Virus record (IMG/VR): IMGVR_UViG_3300049165_000104
Location: 1-35,541 of that record
DNA length: 35,541 nt
Reading direction: 5' to 3' (one strand)
Source: a virus
Lineage: Duplodnaviria > Caudoviricetes
This document shows positions 27,687 through 34,558 of the stretch, in pieces. Positions within the stretch are counted from its first letter, which is position 1, and every line of letters begins with the position of its first letter. The notes below the pieces were generated by a model, which saw only the letters and a list, made by a program, of their open reading frames with translations, was not told the DNA's origin and did not search any database. The translations under genes and the position numbers were made by a program.

Positions 27687-27919
27687 TCGCCGGATGAACT
27701 ACTTCTGGCCGGGATCTTCCCTCGTGGCTGGTTTGTGGCGCATGCTGTGCGTCCGGGTGCTTCCCCTTCCCCCAGGTGGAGCCCCTGTTGGGCCCTGCCG
27801 TCCCAGTACGGCGGGGCCCGCCGCCCCTCCCGGTCCTCCCCACGGGAGGGCTTGCGGCTGCCCAAGACGCGACTGCCCGCCCCTGCCGTGATGGGGCGGG
27901 CTGCCCTGGTTCAGACGGT

Positions 27920-28207
27920 CTAGCGTTCCTGCTGCTGCTTCTCCAGCCAGAGGTCGCGGACGCTGGTGGTGAGGGTGCCTTCGGTCTGCTCGTGCTGGGA
28001 GAGGGCGACGCCGAGGCCGAAGAAGGTGGGCGCCCATTCGCCGACGAAGATGCCCCACCGGTCGGCGCGGGCGAGGTCTGCGTGGCCGCCTGACTCGCCC
28101 TTCAGGCTGGTGGCCCAGGTGAGGACGGACAGGCCGATGGAGACCATGGCGGCGGTGTAGGCGTGTTCGCTGCGGATGCCCATGTCGTGCATTCTCTTGA
28201 TGATCAC
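27920..28207 (-). CDS. Small actinobacterial membrane protein
   Basis: Hydrophobic segments and ADRWGIFVGEWAPTFF motif; GGAG SD. Confidence 0.7.
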   Translation of the reverse strand: MIIKRMHDMGIRSEHAYTAAMVSIGLSVLTWATSLKGESGGHADLARADRWGIFVGEWAPTFFGLGVALSQHEQTEGTLTTSVRDLWLEKQQQER

Positions 28208-28309
28208 GGCGGCTCCGTTCTGTGGGGGTTTCCCTGGACGGAGTGCCCGAACCGGCGAGCCCTATTCGAGCTATTTGCCGGATATGTTCTTTTTGAAGTG
28301 GGCGTGAGG

Positions 28310-28648
28310 TCACCCCTCCAGGTAGCCCAACTCCGAGTCGGGCCGGCAGTGCGTGCAGGCGGGGGTTCCGTCGGCGAGCGCGCGCAGGGCTTCGTCTCGG
28401 CTGATGCCGCGGGATCGTCTGCCTGCGTTCCAGCAGTCGCCGGCGTGGACGTAGAGGGGTGGCCCCTCCCGGTTGAGGCCCATGTCGAGGATCCAGTCGG
28501 GTTGGGGTGGCGGGGCTTCGATGCCGTGTTGCCGTTCGGCTTCCCGCTGCTCGGCTGCCGCGATGGCCTGCCGTACCTGGTCGAGGGTGAGGGTGAGCCA
28601 GGTTTCGAGGGTGCGGAGTCTCGGCAGGTCGGGCGGCAGGTCGTTCAC
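28310..28648 (-). CDS. DUF6233-like Zn-binding protein
   Basis: VHAGDCW...ACTHCRPDSELG; leaderless GTG 6 nt after CAAGCT. Confidence 0.75.
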   Translation of the reverse strand: MNDLPPDLPRLRTLETWLTLTLDQVRQAIAAAEQREAERQHGIEAPPPQPDWILDMGLNREGPPLYVHAGDCWNAGRRSRGISRDEALRALADGTPACTHCRPDSELGYLEG

Positions 28649-28669
28649 GTCTCCAGCTTGCACCAAAAA

Positions 28670-28685
28670 TCGAACACGTGCTCTA
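28670..28685. promoter_or_regulatory. Imperfect LexA (SOS) box between divergent genes
   Basis: TCGAAC-ACGT-GCTCTA versus actinobacterial consensus TCGAAC-N4-GTTCGA. Confidence 0.6.
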
Positions 28686-28693
28686 TTGACGGT

Positions 28694-28915
28694 ATGGCCA
28701 ACCATCGCGTCGACTACCTCACCATCACCCAGGAACGCATCCTGTCGTCCATCCGGCAGGCGATCCTCGAGGACGGCGAGGCACCCACCGTGGCCGAACT
28801 CGCCACCCGCACCGGCCTGGCCGCCAGTACCGTCCACTACCAGCTACGCGAGCTGGAGGCGAAGGCCGCGATCGTCCGCGAACCCGGCCGGCCCCGCGGA
28901 ATCCGGCTCACGTGA
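28694..28915 (+). CDS. Stand-alone LexA-type winged HTH (no peptidase domain)
   Basis: LTITQERILSSIRQ...PTVAELA...STVHYQLRELEAK...REPGRPRGI; 73 aa. Confidence 0.8.
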   Translation: MANHRVDYLTITQERILSSIRQAILEDGEAPTVAELATRTGLAASTVHYQLRELEAKAAIVREPGRPRGIRLT

Positions 28916-29298
28916 ACCCCGACCGGTTCCACCTCACCCTCACGTCCGCTGGGCGCCTGGTGATGCAGGGCTGGTGGGCGGAGGAGGCGACGGCGCGCGG
29001 CATGCTGCCTGTCTGGGTGGGGAACTGGGGCACCATGCCGGACGCCCGGGTCACCCTCGTCGACGAGGAGACCGGCGCTGTGTTGACGAGCTGGCCGGAC
29101 GAGGCGTGGTCTCCTGGCATGCTGTCCGTCATGGCCAATCGCCCGTACCCGGTCCGCGACCGCGCGCTGCGGCAGATCATGCGCAGGCACCGGAACGAAC
29201 TACCGCCCAGCCTGCTCCCCGCCGCGCGTACACCGCAGCAGGCATCCGGCGAGTACCGCCTGTCGACACGCCCCGGCGTTGTCAGCGGCCAGGACTAG
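28912..29298 (+). CDS. Hypothetical protein (possibly two fused small genes)
   Basis: GTGA overlap; VMQGWW...RVTLVDEETGAVLTSWP; internal in-frame ATG at 29131. Confidence 0.6.
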   Translation: MNPDRFHLTLTSAGRLVMQGWWAEEATARGMLPVWVGNWGTMPDARVTLVDEETGAVLTSWPDEAWSPGMLSVMANRPYPVRDRALRQIMRRHRNELPPSLLPAARTPQQASGEYRLSTRPGVVSGQD

Positions 29299-29301
29299 GC
29301 T
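29280..29301 (+). promoter_or_regulatory. RecA-NDp/PafBC-type promoter
   Basis: TGTCAG-cggccaggac-TAGGCT-N6-ATG(29308). Confidence 0.7.
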
Positions 29302-29307
29302 GCCGGT

Positions 29308-29559
29308 ATGAGCGAGCAGGCGGAGGCCGACGAAGCGTTCTGGCGGCAGGTCGAGGGCGACGCCAAGCGCACCGTCCTCTGCGAGCCGCACCGCTTCGAC
29401 GAGTTCCTCGCCATCGTCGAGGCGCGCGGGTACGACAACATCACCTTGCGCCCCAGTCCTTTTTGCCCGCCCGGGCGGCTGCTCGTCATCGACGACGGCG
29501 CGATCGAGGCAGGCTTTCGGCAGGCAGTGCAGAGCGCCGGGCGGTCGCTGTACCGCTGA
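29308..29559 (+). CDS. Small hypothetical protein (83 aa), leaderless
   Basis: ATG 6 nt after -10; GC-skewed codon usage. Confidence 0.7.
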   Translation: MSEQAEADEAFWRQVEGDAKRTVLCEPHRFDEFLAIVEARGYDNITLRPSPFCPPGRLLVIDDGAIEAGFRQAVQSAGRSLYR

Positions 29560-29570
29560 TGCCCCGGCGT

Positions 29571-29592
29571 TGTCAGTGGCGGCTCGTAGACT
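29571..29592 (+). promoter_or_regulatory. RecA-NDp/PafBC-type promoter with no downstream ORF
   Basis: TGTCAG-tggcggctcg-TAGACT. Confidence 0.65.
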
Positions 29593-29626
29593 CTGGCCAA
29601 CATCAGCAGCAGCTGGCACTGTGCTG

Positions 29627-29660
29627 AAGCCCCGCCCGGGGCAGCGCCCGGGTGGGGCTT
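29627..29660. terminator. Hairpin, probable bidirectional terminator
   Basis: aagccccgcccggg-gcagcg-cccgggtggggctt. Confidence 0.65.
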
Positions 29661-29667
29661 GCTGCTG

Positions 29668-29757
29668 TCAGGCCTCGGCGTGCCGGACGGCCCGCTTGAG
29701 TCCCATCTCGACGTCGTACCGCGCGAGCAGGGAGTCGGGGAAGTCGATGGTGGCCAC
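29668..29757 (-). CDS. 29-aa leaderless peptide (possibly an internally deleted remnant)
   Basis: TAGGAT-N6-GTG; MATIDFPDSLLARYDVEMGLKRAVRHAEA. Confidence 0.5.
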   Translation of the reverse strand: MATIDFPDSLLARYDVEMGLKRAVRHAEA

Positions 29758-29805
29758 CGCAGGATCCTACGATGAGATCACCGCCCAGCCTGACGAAGGA
29801 GCCGC

Positions 29806-30315
29806 ATGTCCAGAGCCGACGTAGCGGCCCGCGACCTCGTCGACCAGTTCGGCCTCGCGGAGCTCCCCATCGACCCGGAGAAGGTGGCACGCGAACTCGG
29901 CATCCTGGTCATCCGGGAAGGCGGTGCGGCGGAGCTGTCCGGCATGCTGCTACGACGCGACGGCCAAGACGCCATCGGGCTCAACCCGCAGCACTCTGCT
30001 GCCAGCCAGCGGTTCGCACTGGCCCATCTCATCGGCCACTTCCAGATGCACCGCAGCCGTGAACTGATCCTTGACACCGCGGCCCGCTACTCCTACGGCA
30101 ACGTGCCCAGTCTGCCCACCGACCGGGAAGAAGCCGAGGCTAACCGCTTTGCGGGCGCGCTCCTCGCCCCCGAAGCAGTGGTGCGGAAGGCGGCAGCCGA
30201 AGCAACGTTCGGGACGGCCCGGGAGCTAGTGAAGATCCTCGCCGACCGCTTCGAGCTGAGCCCGGCCGCGATGGGCTACCGCCTGATGATGCTCGGGGTC
30301 ATCGTGGACGCCTGA
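29806..30315 (+). CDS. ImmA/IrrE-family metallopeptidase-like protein lacking the catalytic Glu
   Basis: LPIDPEKVA, LSGML, QRFALAHLIGH, EAEANRFAGALLAP, LADRFELS; AAGGAG SD. Confidence 0.85.
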   Translation: MSRADVAARDLVDQFGLAELPIDPEKVARELGILVIREGGAAELSGMLLRRDGQDAIGLNPQHSAASQRFALAHLIGHFQMHRSRELILDTAARYSYGNVPSLPTDREEAEANRFAGALLAPEAVVRKAAAEATFGTARELVKILADRFELSPAAMGYRLMMLGVIVDA

Positions 30316-30318
30316 GCC

Positions 30319-30498
30319 CTACGCCGCTGTGGTGATCTCCCCGCGCACGGCTTCCACCCACTCATCCCGCAGCTGCTCATACCGTGCCCGGGTGGGCCCC
30401 CACAGCCAGCCGCCCGTCGCCGTGAGCAGGGCGCGGATATCCTCATCCACGGCCGCAGCAGACCGCGGTGGGCCCGGGGTCGGGGGAGTGGACGGCAT
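30319..30498 (-). CDS. Small hypothetical protein (59 aa), leaderless
   Basis: MPSTPPTPGPPRSAAAVDEDIRALL...RYEQLRDEWVEAVR. Confidence 0.7.
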   Translation of the reverse strand: MPSTPPTPGPPRSAAAVDEDIRALLTATGGWLWGPTRARYEQLRDEWVEAVRGEITTAA

Positions 30499-30504
30499 GG
30501 TCAA

Positions 30505-30526
30505 AGTCTAGTGGCGGGCACTGTCA
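30505..30526 (-). promoter_or_regulatory. RecA-NDp/PafBC-type promoter (one mismatch)
   Basis: TGACAG-tgcccgccac-TAGACT-N6-ATG(30498). Confidence 0.55.
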
Positions 30527-30530
30527 GCGG

Positions 30531-30791
30531 TCAGCCCTCGACGGGCGGCTCGACCACGTAGGTGCCCTTGCTGGGCAGCGTCGTCACCAACCTGCGGTCC
30601 CGCAGCTCCTGTACGACGCGCCGAGCCGTCCCCCGGGCGATCTGGTACTGCTCGGCGAGATCCTGCTCCCCAGGCAGCCGCGCACCCACCGGCAGACGGC
30701 CCGACCGGATGTCCCGCTCGATCACGTCGGCGACCTGCACGTACACGTACACCGGCAGGCTCGCATCCACCACCGGTTCTTGATCGTCCAT
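30531..30791 (-). CDS. GntR-family winged HTH, DNA-binding domain only
   Basis: YVQVADVIERDIRSGRLPVGARLPGEQDLAEQY...KGTYV. Confidence 0.9.
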   Translation of the reverse strand: MDDQEPVVDASLPVYVYVQVADVIERDIRSGRLPVGARLPGEQDLAEQYQIARGTARRVVQELRDRRLVTTLPSKGTYVVEPPVEG

Positions 30792-30958
30792 GCGTCAATC
30801 GTGGTGCGCCCCATTCCCCCATGCGCGGGCAGAGAGCCCCATGGTGCTCCATGTAGCGGCATGGAGCGGTGTAGAGCGGTACCGTGAAATTGCACGCAAG
30901 ACCCCCGCGACCGTTACCGGCGGCCCGGGGGCGTGGCCGACGAACGGAGCGCGTCGAC

Positions 30959-31210
30959 GTGGACGATCGTAGAGACCCAGCACCCGACGACGGAACCGTG
31001 AGGGCCGCCGCAGCCGCCGCTGTCCTAGCCGCCGGCGTCGGCCAACTCAGCCCCGTCCAGCAGGCCTACAGCGGCTACACCCGCCACGCCATCCAATGCG
31101 CGGCCTGCCGAGACGTCGACCGGTCCTGCGGCGTCGCAGAGGAACTCTGGCGCAACTACCAGACGGTGAGCGGCAACGCCTGCGACCAGATAGGCGACGG
31201 CGCTCGCTGA
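30959..31210 (+). CDS. Small His/Cys (putative Zn-binding) protein, divergent from the GntR gene
   Basis: GGAG SD; RHAIQCAACRDVDRSC. Confidence 0.65.
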   Translation: MDDRRDPAPDDGTVRAAAAAAVLAAGVGQLSPVQQAYSGYTRHAIQCAACRDVDRSCGVAEELWRNYQTVSGNACDQIGDGAR

Positions 31211-31461
31211 CGCCCAGCCACCGCTGATGGCTCGCCGACGCGGTGGTTTCGGGTTACCCGCAGGAACGTTTGGCCAACGCCTGGCCTGCGGTTACTCAGG
31301 GCCTGGCCAAGCTGCCCTAAGCCTGGGCCAGAAGATCGGCAAGCGGTTACAAATCCACACGGGGTGCACAGTCTCTGCACGCATATATGCACCTGCCACA
31401 GTTCCCACCAGGGCACCCGTGAGGTTGACTCAAAGTTGGTATCCCCGCCCAGGGGCGCCTT

Positions 31462-31707
31462 CTAGCTCACGCCGAGGAGGTCGGAGATGGGCACGCCAAT
31501 CACCCGTGCGATACGCAGCAGTGTATTAAGCGAGGGGTTCTCCTGGCCGGCCTCGATCCCCTGATAGAAGGAGCGCGTCATCGGGACCGCGAGGTAGACC
31601 CGCTCCTGGGTCAGGTCGTGGTCCATGCGGATGTCGTGGATGCGTCTGCCGATGCGCTGCCGTTCGCGGAGTAGCCATTCATCGTCGTCGGGGAGGTCTG
31701 GCGGCAC
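31462..31707 (-). CDS. XRE-family HTH regulator
   Basis: IGRRIHDIRMDHDLTQE...IEAGQENPSLNTLLRIARVIGVPISDLL. Confidence 0.85.
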   Translation of the reverse strand: MPPDLPDDDEWLLRERQRIGRRIHDIRMDHDLTQERVYLAVPMTRSFYQGIEAGQENPSLNTLLRIARVIGVPISDLLGVS

Positions 31708-31845
31708 TCGACAAACACTCTGACCTGCTTGATCATGAGTCTGCCCTGTGGGGCAGGGCTTTATGTGATCTTGGTCGGGCCATGCGGAGGCTTCCACACA
31801 TACCGCTCACGCCCCGCGGTCTGGCATATGCCGCGAGGTTCGCTG

Positions 31846-31874
31846 TAGTGTCCCGTAATCGAACGCATGTTCGC
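31846..31874 (+). promoter_or_regulatory. -10 element followed by a LexA (SOS) box
   Basis: TAGTGT (31846-31851); TCGAAC-GCAT-GTTCGC (31859-31874). Confidence 0.7.
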
Positions 31875-31976
31875 TCAATCGGGTGAACCACCTTTGGCCA
31901 GCGCATTCCGTTGAACAGGCCGGGAATCAGGGCGACAACCCCCACACGCCCAGCCGGCCGACGTCAGGAGAAGGAC

Positions 31977-32216
31977 ATGGACCGCCAGCAGATCCTCGGC
32001 CTCTACGACTGGGACGACGGCGTCTGCTTCCGGCATCCCGCGAAGAGCGTCGTCGACACCACCGTCGTGAAGACCCTGCATCCGCGCGCCGACGGCGAGC
32101 ACGAGGTCCGCGCCTGCCGTGAGTGCGTGCTCGTCATGGAAGACATAAGGCGTGAGGCCGCCGCCCGCTCGGGGAGCAGGTACGAGCCGGGGCATGCAGG
32201 CGAGGCGCTCGAATAG
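31977..32216 (+). CDS. Small Cys-containing hypothetical protein (79 aa)
   Basis: AGGAGAAGG SD; GVCFRHP...ACREC. Confidence 0.7.
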   Translation: MDRQQILGLYDWDDGVCFRHPAKSVVDTTVVKTLHPRADGEHEVRACRECVLVMEDIRREAAARSGSRYEPGHAGEALE

Positions 32217-32407
32217 GCCGTTTCCCCTACTGGGGGCCCATCAGGGAGCGGAATCCTGGGGAGAATCTGGGGAGCGGAGGCAAGTGGGGAGCATCCGGGG
32301 AGCGCGAGAAACTCAAGTCCCGTGAGGTCTGAGGTAAGTCGCGGGAAGTGTAAGTAAGCAGGTAGAGCGCATGGGGCGGGTTTGCCGGAGCCTCGGCCGC
32401 AGGTGAC

Positions 32408-32515
32408 ACGGCCCTGGCCTGGCAGAACACTGCCTACAACCAGCCCCCGCACCCCAGCTTCTTCATCGGCGGCAACATGCCTACGCCACCGAGGTCGACG
32501 GTCTACACCCCGTGA
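32408..32515 (+). pseudogene. 3' fragment of a rhamnogalacturonan lyase (YesW/YesX, PL11) gene; replacement end in attP
   Basis: Translates TALAWQNTAYNQPPHPSFFIGGNMPTPPRSTVYTP*; AWQN.AYNQPPH is the conserved PL11 C-terminus. Confidence 0.8.
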
Positions 32516-32549
32516 ACTGCGAAAACCCTCGCAGTCGCTGACACGTAAC

Positions 32550-32580
32550 GGCGGCCGTCCCCTGCTTCCGGACGGCCGCC
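32550..32580. terminator. Hairpin terminator after the gene fragment / integrase
   Basis: ggcggccgtcc-N9-ggacggccgcc. Confidence 0.7.
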
Positions 32581-32626
32581 GCAGTCATGATCAAAACGCG
32601 CGGGGGAGGATCTGGGGAGATCCTTT

Positions 32627-33943
32627 TCAGGAGATGGCCTCAGGTGCCTCATCCGCCACGGCGGGCTCCCCGGACAGGAACCGTCCGATCGCCGCACGCC
32701 CGCGGCTGCCGGACTTCGGCATGAAGTGCACGTAAGTCCTCAGCGTGAATGCCGGGTCGCTATGGCCGAGCCATGAAGCCACCTGCGTAATGGTCTCACC
32801 CTCCGCCAGGACGACGCTAGCGAACGTATGCCGCAGCACATGGAAGCCATACTCGCGGGGCATGTTCCATGTCTCCCTGCGCCAGGGGTTCTTACCTGTC
32901 TTCGGCTCCACGTAGGTCACCTCAGGCGGCAGGATGAGCCCTGCTTCCACCAGCGCCGGCTTCCACTGCTTCTCGTTGAACGTGTCCCTCGTGATGGCCC
33001 CGCCGTTCACGCCGTTCGTGAACTGGGTGGTGACGAGCAGGCGCACCGTCCGCTTCGGCCGGTCCTCCCAGGCGAGACTAGGACGGGCCGGATCCACCCA
33101 GGGCAGCGTTACTTCGATGGTCGGGAAGCGGTTCGCGTGCTCTTTGATGGCCTTGGCGAGCGTCGGCGGGCACGGCGCAACGCGCTCCTTGTTCCGCTTC
33201 GGCGGCGCGAACGCGAATCGGCCCTTCACCTTGATGATCTGCCGCACGACGTTGATGTCTTCACCTTCGACGTCATCCGGCGAGAAGGCGAACGCCTCGC
33301 CCTGGCGCAGGCCGGCGCCGACGGCAAGGTCTGCCAGGATCCGGTAACGCTCAGGAAGCGCGGTCCGGACCGAGCTCGTCGCTTCTTGGCTCCATGCGAG
33401 GGCTTTCGACTTCGGCAGCCGGGGGGCCCTGAGGTCGTCATCACGGAAGGGATTGGCGGGAATGCGTTTCGCCTTGTAGGCGGCCTGCATGATTGTCGAG
33501 AAGTGCGCCCAGGTCACTACGAGGGTGCCGACGTCGATGTCCTGCTCAGCGCGAGTCTGCCACGCGCGGATCTCCTCAAAACCGATCCGGTTCAACGACA
33601 GGGCGCCCACGTGCGGAAGGATGTGCTTGAAGATCTTCGACTGCACCGATGCCTTGGTGGTGGGCGCGTATCGGGTCGTCGGCCACCAGTGGGTGCGGAC
33701 GTATTCGTCGAGCGTGATGGACCCGTCGCGCGGGTCGTACCAATTCCCCCGGCCGCTGTCGGTCTGCGCGTCGGCGAGCCACTTCTTGGCCGCCGCCAGT
33801 TGCTTGTCCGGGAAGGACCGCGATCTCACACCAGGGATGCCGGTGACCTTGTACCGCTTGCCCTGACCGTGCCGATCGGTCTCGACGTTCCTCTTGCCGT
33901 CGGGACCCTTCTTGTACCAGCGGTCCTCGATGTATCCCGGCAC
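32627..33943 (-). CDS. int: Tyrosine integrase
   Basis: GLRQGE (R), PPK (K), FHVLRHT (H-x-x-R), LGH, TYVH (Y); N-terminal arm-binding region. Confidence 0.95.
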   Translation of the reverse strand: MPGYIEDRWYKKGPDGKRNVETDRHGQGKRYKVTGIPGVRSRSFPDKQLAAAKKWLADAQTDSGRGNWYDPRDGSITLDEYVRTHWWPTTRYAPTTKASVQSKIFKHILPHVGALSLNRIGFEEIRAWQTRAEQDIDVGTLVVTWAHFSTIMQAAYKAKRIPANPFRDDDLRAPRLPKSKALAWSQEATSSVRTALPERYRILADLAVGAGLRQGEAFAFSPDDVEGEDINVVRQIIKVKGRFAFAPPKRNKERVAPCPPTLAKAIKEHANRFPTIEVTLPWVDPARPSLAWEDRPKRTVRLLVTTQFTNGVNGGAITRDTFNEKQWKPALVEAGLILPPEVTYVEPKTGKNPWRRETWNMPREYGFHVLRHTFASVVLAEGETITQVASWLGHSDPAFTLRTYVHFMPKSGSRGRAAIGRFLSGEPAVADEAPEAIS

Positions 33944-33956
33944 GCCGCCCCCTCGT

Positions 33957-34400
33957 TCAGACCTGGCTCATCGGCTCCGGGGTCATGTCGACGATCTCCC
34001 CGGCGAACAGCTGGAACCATTGTCCGCCGCGGAGGAACTCCTTGGAGGCGGGATTCATGGCGGCGGCGAAGTGATCGACGCTCAGAGCCGGGTCGATGTG
34101 TACGCGGACGAGACCCTTGCGTTCGCGGACGACGGCGCAGCCGGGCTCTTCTCGGTGGAGCAGGTACTGGATCCGCAGGGGAGAGGCGGGCGTTGCCCGG
34201 CTGACGATCTCGTCCTTCCATAGCTGGAACCAGCTGGCGGACGACATGAGGTCTTCGATCTCGACGTTCAACTGACGGACGACGTCGGCGAGTGAAGCGT
34301 TTCTGTCGAGGCGGACCTGGATCCTGCCGCGATCTTCGAGTATCTGGGCGAGTCTGCCCAGCTCAAGGTCTTCGACGGCTTCGTAGGTTACGTGCAGCAT
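33957..34400 (-). CDS. Hypothetical protein with internal duplication, between repressor and integrase
   Basis: EDRGRIQVRLD...WFQLWKDEIV / ERKGLVRVHID...WFQLFAGEIV; GGGAGG SD. Confidence 0.75.
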   Translation of the reverse strand: MLHVTYEAVEDLELGRLAQILEDRGRIQVRLDRNASLADVVRQLNVEIEDLMSSASWFQLWKDEIVSRATPASPLRIQYLLHREEPGCAVVRERKGLVRVHIDPALSVDHFAAAMNPASKEFLRGGQWFQLFAGEIVDMTPEPMSQV

Positions 34401-34558
34401 GGAGCCTCCCCGCTTGCCAACGGTGCACTTGGGTCTGATTGGCCGGAAGAGCACGGTTGGTGAACGATACGTCTACAGGGAGTGTTCGACAATCGGTTGA
34501 AGAAAAGTCTACTTACGGACAATCGCGATCAGTTGACAGAAGTTCAGTAGCCGTCGTG

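Larger units (their letters stand above)
32257..32622. mobile_element. attP: attP: GGGGAG arm-type repeats flanking a host-derived core
   Basis: Tandem GGGGAG pairs with 11-bp period at about 32257-32276, 32285-32304 and 32603-32622, next to the integrase 3' end. Confidence 0.75.

Noticed and set aside
32251-32304. GGGGAG repeats as a CRISPR array or G-quadruplex element
   Set aside because: Too short, no spacers; better explained as integrase arm-type sites mirrored at 32603-32622.
32216-32627. tRNA-derived attP core
   Set aside because: No cloverleaf or T-loop consensus seen; the core reads as a protein-coding 3' end.
34474-34489. LexA box upstream of the 33957-34400 gene
   Set aside because: Only one half-site (TCGAAC on the minus strand) is present.
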